Origin: Cyanidioschyzon merolae
Taxonomy: Eukaryota
Assembly (NCBI GenBank): GCA_000091205.1
Contig: AP006498.2
Length of the DNA stretch: 64,000 bases
Direction: 5' to 3' (one strand)
The notes below the pieces were generated by a model that was not told the DNA's origin, ran no database searches, and was given only the letters and a program-made list of their open reading frames with translations. Position 1 is the stretch's first letter, and every line of letters begins with the position of its first letter. Below, in pieces: positions 51,369 to 62,925 of this stretch. The position numbers and the translations under genes were made by a program.

Positions 51369-52274
51369 TTAAGCGCCGGGCTTCCATTGCCTACGCACAA
51401 TCACCACCTGCTTTTCTACAAGAAAGAGCGCATCCCTAAACGGCTCGAAACGAAACGCTCCCAGCTTTCGTGAACAACCAGGGCATCGGAGACGACCTCC
51501 TCCTGACTGGACGACTCCGCACGCTGCCCCGGGTACCTCGGTGCTCTGCTGCATCCATGAAATGGCGTATAGCTGAAACGTTCGCGCATCTTCCCGAACA
51601 ACATCCTCCGCGAGACGAAACAGCGGCACACGACACCAACGACAGCAAGCGCAGACAAATCCACAACGTGCCTCCTGTTCCACCGTTTTCCAATCCAAGG
51701 CATACTCTGAAGACCAGGCCCTGCATAAGCCCATATAGGTTAGCCCGTGCGACGCTTTCGCGATGGCGGTGCGACCTCCTTTCCATCTCTGCAGCTGCAG
51801 CACAAAGCCGGGGTTCATGTCGGGCTCGACGCCACTGCGTTTGAGGATGGCCTCGGCTTCAGCAAAGTCGTGCCCGTAACTGTGCATGAGATAGGCGCAT
51901 ACAACCGCTAGACATCGACTCCGGCCAGAGACGCAGTGGCAGAGCACGCCGTGTCGCTCGCGCTGCGCGCTCTGTATCAGGGGAACTGTTTCTCCCAAAA
52001 TAGGCCATAAATCCTGGTCTGGTGTGTCCTTCAAGTCAGGGGCCTCATACCAGAAGCGGCCTGGCGCTTGTCGAGTCCAGTCCTCCAGAGCGCGGACGGC
52101 ATCGCCACATCCAAGCGACACGATAACTTGGACCGGATAGAGTACACCGCGGCGCGCTACCTCCAGCGCCGTCTCTAGCGAACCGATGTAAAGAGCTGGT
52201 GGCACGACCAAAATAGGGGCGTGCGGCTCCCGGAGGTATCCACCAGCTGCTTGACGCGTCGATCCGGCAGTCAT
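51369..52274 (-). CDS. Dual-specificity protein phosphatase.
   Basis: It has a CX5R active site in a DUSP context (VLCHCVSGRSRCLAVVCAYLM). The track start is a GTG, so the start was moved to the first ATG. Confidence 0.7.
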   Translation of the reverse strand: MTAGSTRQAAGGYLREPHAPILVVPPALYIGSLETALEVARRGVLYPVQVIVSLGCGDAVRALEDWTRQAPGRFWYEAPDLKDTPDQDLWPILGETVPLIQSAQRERHGVLCHCVSGRSRCLAVVCAYLMHSYGHDFAEAEAILKRSGVEPDMNPGFVLQLQRWKGGRTAIAKASHGLTYMGLCRAWSSEYALDWKTVEQEARCGFVCACCRWCRVPLFRLAEDVVREDARTFQLYAISWMQQSTEVPGAACGVVQSGGGRLRCPGCSRKLGAFRFEPFRDALFLVEKQVVIVRRQWKPGA

Positions 52275-53489
52275 GTGGAGCGCCCGCACCGCCACACTTT
52301 AGAAACCGCTCTCCTTGGTCTGCTTGCCGCTCAACCGACGCCAACTGCGCCGTCCACACGCCTAGAGCGCTCTGTGAGAGGTTGCTCGTCTGCGAGATCT
52401 CAAATTTTTATGACTGCAATGTTCAAGACTCGTGGTGCAGCCCCCATGGCCCGAACGGAGATCGTGCAGCTCAGTCGTCCATCGTTGCTATAGCCCTTGA
52501 ACTCGATTTCGTTCCGTCCCTGCCGCGTGTCATCGAATGCTTGTTCGCAGTGTATTGCAGGAGATCGAAATCGCTAAGCAATATGCCGCATAGATCTCGG
52601 ACGAATTGAATGTAGTATATATTCTTTCACTGAAGAGTGCAAGGAGGACTGCATTCTTCTTTCAGGTCAGTCGTACCACAGTACTCCGATAACAGAGGAA
52701 CACTGAAACAAAGAACTACATGCGCTCCGCGCCTTACATCGATATTATCAATGTGTGTTTGCAGTCCGTCGAAGAAACGCGACCCGTTGGTCACATTTCG
52801 GAAAGCAAAAGCGACGATGGTAGTCACCACGGGCGTCTGTGTGGCTCAACAGCTTGCTCGTGTGGTCCTGAATGCATTGGGATGCAATCCAGTAAAAGAG
52901 ACCTAGTTCACGCACGGCGTTCTTCCACACAAATCGCAACGAAAAAAAGTTCCTGGAACGTCGCGATCAGTATGAAGTACCCGGCGGTCGGTTTGTTTGT
53001 TCAGTCGGTGACACTTGCTTCGGACGAGAAGGTCGGATCGTGTATGAGTATTCGTGGGGCAGGGCGCCCATTTTATGTACAATCGAACTCGAATAGAACG
53101 AGGAAATCATAATCTGTTCTAGCTTTAGTGTATTCAAGTGGTGGCTCCAATTTCGCTCATAGAGAGGGCTCATATTAGAGCGCTTACGTTGTCGAATCAT
53201 TGAAGACTTTTCCCTGACGCCCGGCGACGCCCTTCAATTGGAAGACATGGTACTTCGCAAGTCCCGTTGCGTTCGAGCTTTTGTCGAATCGATCGAGGAG
53301 TAGAGCTGCTTTTCATTTCTCCGTACGCTCCGTGATTTAACCCCATCGAGGGAGTGTTTCGTATTGTGATACGTAATGACAGCTCCACTGGGTGAATCGC
53401 TGAAGCGTGCAGCACACGGTGACACACCAGGCCACATGTCGTCGTCCTTATGCAAGTCCTTCTCTCTCTAGGAAGGTACTCGCCTAACG

Positions 53490-53980
53490 GCATAAACAAG
53501 TATGTTCTTTTGAAGAAACATGAAATTCAAGGGAAAGTTACGGACATGGATGTCGAGAATCCTGGAGGCCCGATGTCTCCGGATCCGAAAGAAAATATTC
53601 GCCTCCCCGACCATGGAGCGAAGAAGAGCAATTCATGACGACGACGACGATGATGACGACGATGCGATATAGGCGAGAAAAGTTGTTTGCTCGACGGTAC
53701 GTTTGCGAAACTGTAGTGGCACCGAGAGCACGAGTTCGAGGCATCTTCGCAAAGCTAAGTTCCACTATTTGCAGTAAATGAAAGGATTTCGTTTACCGAG
53801 ACCTCAACGCCGCGATCATTATCAGACAAATGTGCAGTGCGAAAGACGATACCCGAGGAACTGACGCGATCTAACTTCGCAGGGCACTCTCTCAGGCTCA
53901 AAGTGTGTCTAGATAAACTGAAACCGATAGCACGTGGCTGGTCAAAAAAGGCTGCGAGGCTTCTCAGGGTGGATATTCAT
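53490..53980 (+). mobile_element. Short non-autonomous Fanzor-derived element (F2d).
   Basis: It has a 5' terminus ...aaacatgaaattcaagggaaagttacggacatggatgtcgagaatcctggaggcc, the shared block ggcgagaaaagttgtttgctcgacggtacgtttgcgaaactgt, and a tail ending gggtggatattcat. Confidence 0.6.
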
Positions 53981-54119
53981 TTACTCTATGGTCCTGGGAT
54001 ATTTTCTGTTTCACGGATCACATGTATACAGCGACTAGTTCAGATGCCGATCGGCGTCCTGTCCAACGCTAACTACACCAGTTCCAGGATAAAATGTGAC
54101 ATGGAACTATTCGCTCTGT

Positions 54120-54420
54120 TTCTGTCTTGCGATTTCAACCGAACTATTTTAGATGTCCAGGCTCTGCGTTCGTAGTCTGGCAATAAGCGCTTACGGATTC
54201 ATACGCAGTTTTTGGGATTTTCGGTCGACCATCCGCAGTGGCTCCATCGATGTCGTGGCGCTGGAATTCGTTACGCCACAGGATTCAAGATCATTCGCTA
54301 CGCCCTCGAACAGGGATTTGTAAAATAACCTGTATTATAATCCAATGGATAAGCAGAAGCCTTGACTCTTCTCTCCCAGTTGCGTACAGCATGCTCAAAT
54401 CAAAAGACTTTAGCATTTTT
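54120..54420. repeat. Dispersed short repeat family R4, copy 3.
   Basis: See the copy at 2000-2245. Confidence 0.45.
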
Positions 54421-56109
54421 GGATCTTTCAGTGCCAATGGAACTCGTGAGTGCAGCAGTTCGCCCCACTGGATAAACGAGGAAAAGAGTGCAACGTTGTC
54501 GTCGACTATGGGCTTGTTCACAAACTCATATCAAATGCATACGGACATTTTCACGTCATAGATACGATTGCGTTCAAAAGAAATATCGTTTTCCCTTAAT
54601 GTCCATCGACGAGACGGGATTCGACAGCAGCATGAACGCGTTCAGAAAAAATCTGCCCCGAGAGCATCCGCCGCTTTTTATGTATGGGAAAGGACCAGGA
54701 ACCGGGACTTGAGTCGTCAAAGCGATTACATTCAGTGGATAGTTCGTCAGCGCTTTGCACGAAGGGCGCGAAGCCGGATCAAGATTTCACGATTACCTCT
54801 TTGACCTGAGTTTTAGTTTTTGGTACCGTTTTCGTCGTCGACGACAGCGCGTTCTAGTATCCCTCTATCAAATGGAGCAGCGTACGCTTATATATGCTGC
54901 GGAGAGAGTCCGCACCGAGGGGACCTCTTTGAGGAAAACGCGTGGTCATAGGATATCCGCTGGACGCATAAACGGGAACGAGCACCGTTCAGTGCCGTCT
55001 GTACCCGCCAAGGGCATGAACCGAGCGATAAAGCAAGCATTCATGCGCGACTGGGCGGCGCTTGGGGGAGAAGATCTAAAGGGTGCAGAGTTATACCTGA
55101 CCAGTATCTAGTGTAACCGCTGCGCGGGGCGCACAGAAACTGTATACAAAGAGAATGAAAATCACAAGCGAAGCGTAGATCGCAATGATCGTCTGTCAAA
55201 GAAGTACATCGACAGCATCCGAAAGCAGCGGAGTCAGATCCCTAAAGCTACCATCGACATCCTCCGACTGCTGGCAAGAGAACCGGAGGGAAAAAAGTGA
55301 CCAGCATATTCAAAGCCAGCACGTAAGGGAGAGGATAAGGAAGCAGATGCAGGAATTGCCGCCAGAGGCTGATTTTGGTGCTCATGGTAAGGGACGCAAG
55401 CTTTGCAGTGTACATACGTTTCAGGGGACACGCCCTGTTTTCTCTGACACTCTAGCGCACAACCTGAATATTGGGCGCGTACCGCCTGACGCCTATCGGT
55501 GGTTCACGCTTTCTCGAAGAGAGCAGCAGTGAGGCATGCAAGAAACCGCTCTAGCCTGATCTGCTCTGTACCCGTTCACGTTGATATTCGTAGAGTGCGG
55601 GCGTCAGCAGTGCAACACGACTCCACGAATGACTGGACTCGAAAGTATGCGCGGCAGCGATGGGGTTCATATCCCGATGATGCGCAGCGATGACTACTTC
55701 GGAAGTGTGTAGTTCCATCCATCGATCCGCTCGCTAGAAAATCCGATACTAGTTCAACTGCCGTGTGCGTAGCATTGCGAGCACCCTTGTGCCTGTCGAC
55801 AAAGTACTCTACTCTTCAGGACACTTTTCTTCATATTGAGGCCCGGAGCGCAAGCGTCCTCATCCTTCTCCTGTTTTACAGAAAAGCACCGCGCTTACTG
55901 CTTCGGCATGATCTCGAAATGGGTTCAGCAAAACGCCCCCTAGAGCGAAACATTTATCCGAGTACGCGTCTATGGAGACACGACGCCATCTGGGGTATCA
56001 CCGACGCGGTTTGGTAAACAAAAGCGTAGCCACTGCGGGCTACACGACCTGCACCTTGTTCTGAACGCGAACTCTTGGACGCGCATCAACTAACGCCGTA
56101 CATTGCCAG

Positions 56110-58737
56110 CTAGCATTCATCGCACCAGACGCTTGTCTCCTGGACAATGCGCTGGATCATGTCCAGCACGCTCCTATAGCGCACATCCTCCCGGCTTGGT
56201 GGCTTACAAACCTGCAAGTGATCGGCACGATCCACGCGGACCAGCTCGCCGACCCCTGCGTAAGCAGATTCCTCTGAAACGAATAGGAAGCGACTCCCGC
56301 CCCACGTTCGAGTTGTGGTGCCTTCATAGATGCTGAGCACTTGCACCGGCGGTAGTATGCAGCTTGGCTCTAGGGACAACTTCTTCGCTGGTGACGAAGG
56401 AACATCGCAGTCTGATGCTGCGGCTTCCTGCTCATCGTCGTCGGCAGCGCTGCGACGTTTGATTTCCTCACGTAAAAGGCCCTGCACATACTCAGTGCCG
56501 ACCGATACCGGTCCAAGCACGTCCAGAACTTGGTCGCCTCGCTCGCGAAAGACCTGTCGACGAGACGGCTCTCTGCTAGACTGTTGTCCACGATGCGCGT
56601 GCTGGTCTGCAACGGTGCTCTGGAGCTCGCTCCGGATGCCCGCTCCTCCTTCGGCAGGTCTTCGAGCATATTTTGTTGTCCCTGCATCCAGCGCTGAGCG
56701 CGACCCATCCCGCTGCTGCTGACCTGCACTTGCTGCCAACCAGAGACCCCAGAGCACCCCGGGAAGCCGAGTGCGCCCCTGGTCGTCGCGCAGTTCTCGA
56801 CAGGGGTGTCGAATGAGTGTCAGAAAGGCACGGTGTAACTTTTCGATGCTTTCATTGTAGGGGAGCAGCTCACGCACGGGCGCTGCAGGCCTGACGGCCT
56901 TGTCGAGGATGCCACCCAGAAACCGGCCAGCAACTGCAGATCCATGATGCGGTGTCGAATAGAACGCAATACCACGCAATGCCCTAGACAAGGTTCCCGC
57001 GCCCGGCGTATCAGCAGCCGAGGCAGCTGCGTCATCCACGAGGAGCTGTTTCGCAATGAGGCCTCCATATGAGTGCGCAACAAGCACCAGGGGCCGCTTG
57101 CCCACACCTGCTCGGAGGAGTTTCCGACGCAGATCAGCGGCTTGCTCGCTCAAGGAGAGCGTTGCACCGGATTCCTCAGAACTTCCCCAGGCGGTCAGGG
57201 CACTGGAGTAACCAACGGAGAGAATTCGTGCCGATGCACCAAGGTCTGGCGCGAGCCACTCCCGAGGCCACAGTCGCTCTTGCCAGGCTTTCATGCTCTT
57301 GCGCGCTGCGGTTGCCTGCACAGGCGCCTCAACGAGGTCCTCATCCGTCGGTTTGCGGACGTCGTAGGCGCCACATCGCCACGTCAGAAGCGGATCGCCT
57401 CGAAGTCCGTGGACAAATACCACATCCACCAGGGGTGCGCAGGCTCGCGCTAGGGTCGGCTCAGGAGATAGCAGGTACACCTCCAAATCGAGGCGGTTCG
57501 ATGAATATCCCAGGAGTTCCTCACACGCATTCTCGAGGGCTCGATCCGCGCACGCCTGCAGAAGCGTATGATCTGTTCTACACTTCCACTCGCAAAAGAT
57601 GCGAATCCATTCAGGATATTGCTGGGCAAGCGTAACACTAAACCGATCCGTGATCCGCTTTGCTATTTCCATGCGTAGAAGATCCGCTGCCTGCACGCCC
57701 GCAGTGCCGCTTCTATCCCGGCTGTTGGGAGACGACGGCCTTGGTGTCTCTGCAGCATTCATGTTCACGAGTCCTGCGCCCTGCTGCTGTCTCGAATCGG
57801 CAAGGAGCATCAGCGTGCGCATGCATTCATCTGCTTTGGGGTTTCCGTCAATCTGCTCAAACAAAAGTGTGACTGCTCTGGTATCCGCATGACGAACGCA
57901 GGCAGAGGCAAGCAGGCGAGCGTACTCCTGTTCAGGAGTCTCAGTTGGAAGTGCCAACAGGCCATCGGTGTCATCCGGGAAAAGTGGAAGACGTCGCAGC
58001 GGAGACGGGTCCGCTTCTAGAATCCGTTCAAGCGTTCCTCGCAATACAGCAAACATCTGGGTATCGTCGAGGCTGTGGTTCGCAGTACGCTCGTGTGCCA
58101 GTGTTGTGGCTGCTGGGTCCGGCAGCGCGGACTCGACGCTATGCCGTCCCACTGTTCTGCGCTCGCCAGCAACCGCTGGAGAAGCAGCCACCAGTTGGGA
58201 CCACGATTCTAACAGCACTGGGGCAACAGCTGCCTGCCTGGCAAACTCCAGCAAATGAGGTGTGCTTCCTCTCACACTGTATGGAGCACATCGCAGTAGC
58301 AAGCGAGAAGCCTCAGCGCTTGCGGAGACGCAGGCATCGCGCAGGGACTCCATGACAGCGCGACTGATCGGCCTTGAGGCGTGTTGCATAGCGTCTCCGG
58401 AGGCGTGCCCCTGCTCGCTCGAGAAACCTGTTCGAAAAAGTTTCTTGCTGGTCGCTTGGTTGCACGCGAGCCGCCAGATACGGGCGATCCAAGCAGTCAA
58501 GACCCAGCCTCCTTGCAGCGCCCATTCTTCGCACCACGCAGCATCTTCAACGGGTCTTAGACTCCGCATGGCGAGTGCTCGCTGTTCAGCGTCCCCAACG
58601 CGCAGACGCCATACCGTCTGCAACACTTGTCTGCGGATATATACCCGGTCCATCGTACCAAACCCACCTGCTGGGCGGCCTCGACTCCATTCCGTGCATG
58701 CTCGGTCGCTCTGTTGAACACTTGACGACTCTCCCAT
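56110..58737 (-). CDS. SERAC1-like alpha/beta-hydrolase protein (a GxSxG lipase-like domain with a long N-terminal region).
   Basis: DVVFVHGLRGDPLLTWR and the nucleophile elbow LVAHSYGGLIAKQLL match the SERAC1/DUF676-type fold. The start is an ATG and the ORF is 875 aa. Confidence 0.6.
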   Translation of the reverse strand: MGESSSVQQSDRACTEWSRGRPAGGFGTMDRVYIRRQVLQTVWRLRVGDAEQRALAMRSLRPVEDAAWCEEWALQGGWVLTAWIARIWRLACNQATSKKLFRTGFSSEQGHASGDAMQHASRPISRAVMESLRDACVSASAEASRLLLRCAPYSVRGSTPHLLEFARQAAVAPVLLESWSQLVAASPAVAGERRTVGRHSVESALPDPAATTLAHERTANHSLDDTQMFAVLRGTLERILEADPSPLRRLPLFPDDTDGLLALPTETPEQEYARLLASACVRHADTRAVTLLFEQIDGNPKADECMRTLMLLADSRQQQGAGLVNMNAAETPRPSSPNSRDRSGTAGVQAADLLRMEIAKRITDRFSVTLAQQYPEWIRIFCEWKCRTDHTLLQACADRALENACEELLGYSSNRLDLEVYLLSPEPTLARACAPLVDVVFVHGLRGDPLLTWRCGAYDVRKPTDEDLVEAPVQATAARKSMKAWQERLWPREWLAPDLGASARILSVGYSSALTAWGSSEESGATLSLSEQAADLRRKLLRAGVGKRPLVLVAHSYGGLIAKQLLVDDAAASAADTPGAGTLSRALRGIAFYSTPHHGSAVAGRFLGGILDKAVRPAAPVRELLPYNESIEKLHRAFLTLIRHPCRELRDDQGRTRLPGVLWGLWLAASAGQQQRDGSRSALDAGTTKYARRPAEGGAGIRSELQSTVADQHAHRGQQSSREPSRRQVFRERGDQVLDVLGPVSVGTEYVQGLLREEIKRRSAADDDEQEAAASDCDVPSSPAKKLSLEPSCILPPVQVLSIYEGTTTRTWGGSRFLFVSEESAYAGVGELVRVDRADHLQVCKPPSREDVRYRSVLDMIQRIVQETSVWCDEC

Positions 58738-59394
58738 CGTATCGCTTACGTTCTATATCATAACATGATCCGCTATGAGGACGTGCCAGGGCTGTGCTTG
58801 GTGCATACACGCTCGTTGTGCGCTTAGCGCTCGTTTCGCCTTGGCCCGTCGCTGACGAGCAGCGGTGTCGCAGCAGCGTCCAGCGTGCGCTGCTTGTGCC
58901 GCGTTTAAAGAGTCCTGCGGCACTACAGGGCCGTAGCGGCCGGCTCACACGAGCGCTGGCAGGGCACTGTCTCAAGCGTTTCCAGCGGGTGTACTGCAGG
59001 TACGGGAGGTACGACTCTGGACAGGTACCTGGCGCTGTTCAACGGTACTCCTCTCGCTAACTGAGCTTGAACTGTGGACAACTTGGAAACCGTCTCGTGT
59101 AGTTGTCCTGAACAGACGCAGGCAAGTGGCAACTGCCTCCCTTTGCGCTGCAACTAGGCTTGGTGGCTTTCCCGGTGACGCTGAAGCGACCTTGCAGACG
59201 TCTCGACTACGTACGGGCAGTTATGTGTTTGCAAGCAACGTGCTAGAGCGTGTTCAGTTGCGAGCAAGCGTCTATATAGAAGATGTAAACGTCCGTTTTT
59301 ATTCAAAACTAGCGTCAATCTAGGTACACAACGATTTCTTTGACGCACCAACCAGTGCTTCGCCCTATACGCGGGCTAGATGAAAATGGTACAC

Positions 59395-60240
59395 TGATTT
59401 TTTCGATGACAAAACGTTTACATTGACCTTGCATCCCGGATTGCAGGATAGATAATGGTAATCAAAGAAGTGTCCAACATGATGCACCTTACCTCCAAGT
59501 TCCATGACTTATTCTCGGATGTATTGGTCGTTTCGTATGTTCTATCGTGCGCCAGGTACCTGCTTTGAGCACCCGCCTTGGTACCTAAACTGCTGTTACG
59601 GATGCTGCACGTAAACAGAGCGGCTTTGCCATACCACTGAGCGCTTCGGCTGGAGGAATGCTTCACCTAACATGGAGTCGGGATCCATTATAATCCTGGG
59701 TGCCGGTAAGCTGTGCAGACAGACGTACTGTCTGCGGCAGCGCGAAGCGATGTACAAGGAGTCCACTGCGACCGGGGCGATCCCCAGACGCAGCGTACCC
59801 GCTCCTAGTCTTGGAATAAACTGCGTTTTGGACGAGCTGCTCAGGTCCATTCACAGCACTGGGCGCTGGAAAGAGCATGAATGACTGGTCTAGCAGACAC
59901 GTCCGGCTCGCGAGACCCTCCTCCTATAGGGTAAACTTTCGACAGTGTGGAAAGCGTGTCCGCCTTTTAACGTTTATCGTAGATGGGGAAAGTAATCATT
60001 TTATTGTCGCTACTTAGTGGCTTCTTTCTGTTCTTCGTTCTGAATAGAGCGCTCGATGCGCGAACCTCCATACCTGGCAGGAACTGAACATGTCGCGTAT
60101 CTCGCAGATGGAGGGAAACGCGATCCTGACCGCTCCTTGCCCTATTTCTCTAAAGGGCGAGTTGTATTCTCGTTAACTTCATAGCCAAGTATAGTTTTCA
60201 ATTCGATTGCTTTTCAACCCTCAAGTAAAAATATTCGATT
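59395..60240 (+). repeat. R3 repeat copy immediately upstream of Fanzor copy C.
   Basis: It aligns with 570-1250 and, in reverse complement, with 19250-19880. It contains one arm of the 41-bp inverted repeat at 60089-60131. Confidence 0.5.
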
Positions 60241-60249
60241 GACTTTTCG

Positions 60250-62690
60250 CAGTATATAACAGAAGCGTTCAAAGAGCGTTCTTTTTCAAAAAAAATAAAA
60301 ATGAAAAGTTATGAGAAAGCAAGTCGACGATCCTGGAGGCCCAGTGTCGCTGGGTGCCAGACAAAAAAACGAAAAACTGTGCCTAGTCCAGAGGAACAGG
60401 AAAAGGCAAAGAAGCAAGGGCAGGAAGACCGACGTCAGTGGCTGCAAGAAAGACGACAGTACGACGAGACGGTGGGGAAAGCCTGTTTTCTTAAACATAT
60501 CAAGGATCCGCATAGAGAAAAATCGCGAGAGGTCATTAGGAACCGTGTCGATTCGTACTCCAGGAGGAGTATAAAGTCGTCCTCAGGACTAATGCATCTG
60601 GTGAAGGGGATGTACGAAGACGTGATGGACATGGAAACAGTCGAGGTTCCGGAAGAATTCTTCGACAAGACCTATATTCGTCACCTGATGCTTGGTAGAG
60701 CGGAAGCGCAGAGGGAAAAAGAGCGGATACACGTCCTCACGAAAACCATCCTTTTTACAGCTTCGAGGGTGCTCGAAACAAGGGTGACCGGGATATTCAC
60801 GACAATGGGGCGATGAAGTAGATCACGAACCTGAAGAACCATTTGACAGTGAACCTCGAACGTTTCATGAAACGCACCGTGTTTGCACTCTACTCGGGCC
60901 TATCTCGCAATGGAAAATGGGCGATTATCAATGGCATCACGAAAGATCGCAAGCGTGAAGATGAAGTCGAATTCGTCGACAAGAAGGCATCAAACGAGAG
61001 CACGAATGAAGCTTCTGTAATCCGTGCGGCTATAGAAGAGCATCGTGCAGTCCTGGAGCTGGCGAATCCAACAGACAAGATATCAGAGTTGAAAGAAGCT
61101 AAGGAAAGATACTATCGCCTCGTCCTGCGCTATTTCGTGTTTCTGGACCAAGAACTCGAACGCAAGGCAGAGGTGAAGCAGCGTGAGGAAAGCAATGAAG
61201 AGTGGGAGAGACGGAAGGCTTTCCTACTGGGGAAGCGCCTCAACGTGGTTCCAATGTGCAACATCAAGTCACATTTTGTGACTATCCACTCCAGAATCCT
61301 TCACGGCATCATGGAGGAGATTAGTCCGGAGTTCGATGTTAGCAGGGAGGAATTCTCCGGTGAAAACCGGGAGACGTACTGGAAGAATATCTTCGATTTC
61401 AAACATCTCAAAGTGAGCAAGCAAAAGGTATTCAATGGGATGATCGAAACCGATGGGGTAGCCTTGTGTGTACACTATCGGCGGTTGAAAAGAGATCGTC
61501 CAGTTCCACCCTCGGCTTCGCCCGTGACGAAGGATGAAGAAAAGAAGGAGGCGGATCCTGCGACGCAGGAGGTATAGGATAAAGACCTTGTCGTTGACGT
61601 GACGAAGGATGAAGAAAGGGAGGAGGCGGATCCTGCGACACAGGAGGTGGAGGATAACGACCTTGTCGTTGACGCGGTGAAGCATGAAGATGAGAAGGAG
61701 GCGGATCCTGTGATGCAGGAGGTAGATGGGAACGACTTTGTCGTTCGTGCTGACCCCGGAAACACAAATATCGTAATCATCGCAGTATCCAAGCGTGCGG
61801 AAGACGGTACCGACGGTAATTTTCGTCAGAGACATGCGTCTTTTGAGGTTCTCGAAAATGATATATTATCGAGAATCCGGCACAATGAATGCAAGGAAGA
61901 AAATTGAGACATGGAATGCAGGAATGAAGGATCACCTGGAAACTTTGAGCGAGGTGACTAGCCGAGAGGCGGACTTTCAAACTTTTCTGAAATTCATGGA
62001 AGTTCGCGTTGCTCATTGGGATGCGCTGTGGAATGAGTATGCAAAGCCCCGGTGGGCTCGTCTGCGTATGAATTTGTATTTTGGGAAGCAGCGTGCATTC
62101 GCGAACTTTTTCAATGAGCTGAGCACCTTCAAAGAAGATGAAAGTCAGAGGCTCGTAGTGGCGTACGGAGCAGGGCGCTGCGCGCCCAAAAAAGTATATA
62201 CACCAGCTCCAACGACAAGAACGTACAAGGAGAGCGCAAAGCGTTTCTTTACGATACCAATAAGATGAGTTCCGAACATCGTATACACACCATGAACTGG
62301 GGTGTACATTTCAAAGGGTCGAGATGGAAAAGTGCCAGCGGAGCCCTGAGAATATAAAAAAGTACGGAGCGCTGACAGATGAGCAAATGGAAAGGAGAGC
62401 GGAAGTTCGGGACTACTTGCATTCGTAAGTACAATCAATGGCAAGAAACGTATGGAATTTTTGATCCGGGACTTTAACGCCACAATCAATATAACAACAT
62501 GTGCGGTGATGGAGAATAGACCACCAGAGCGAACACGAGAGAACTTTGTTGGACAACCTTTCAAAATGAAACTATATGAGAAAAAGTTGAAACCAGTAGT
62601 AGGTGGCCGGTCGAGAAAGACTCGATGGTGTTTGAACGTCAGTTGGAGACTTCTTGACTAGGGCGGGTTTCTCGCCACTACTGTACACCG
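60250..62690 (+). mobile_element. Fanzor/TnpB-like element, family-1 copy C. It is diverged and degenerate, and lies co-oriented with and immediately upstream of the RNase III-like gene.
   Basis: Its 5' terminus (cagtatataacagaagcgttcaaagagcgttctttttcaaaaaaaata) and 3' tail (...ctagggcgggtttctcgccactactgtaca) match copies A and B. It is about 70-75% similar to A and B by eye. Confidence 0.75.
60301..62661 (+). pseudogene. Fanzor/TnpB-like ORF of copy C, disrupted by in-frame stops and frameshifts.
   Basis: The ORF fragments 60301..60816, 60843..61577, 61599..61907, 61795..62268 and 62452..62661 are collinear with the A and B protein. In-frame stops are present, for example TAG where A has TAC-CTC and TAG where A has GAG. 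The RuvC-III region is kept (IRDFNATINITTCAV). The N-terminal segment and the RuvC-I segment are in one frame here, unlike in A and B. Confidence 0.75.
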
Positions 62691-62925
62691 CTGGCGTCGT
62701 TCGACTTTCGAACGGCGTTTTGCGATGGTTTGATCGTTGCAACGCTCCAGGAGCAAACAAGGCTTGGAAACGTGCACGCTTTTCATGGAAAGAGCGCAGC
62801 GCTGCTTGCAGAGAGAGCCTTTGATGCGGTAGAGGTGCTTGGTGCTCGTCGCTGAGAGTCCGCGAAGCAACTGCACCAAAACTGGCGACGGCAAGGTTTT
62901 ATCTATGTGCATGGTAGTCGCGAAA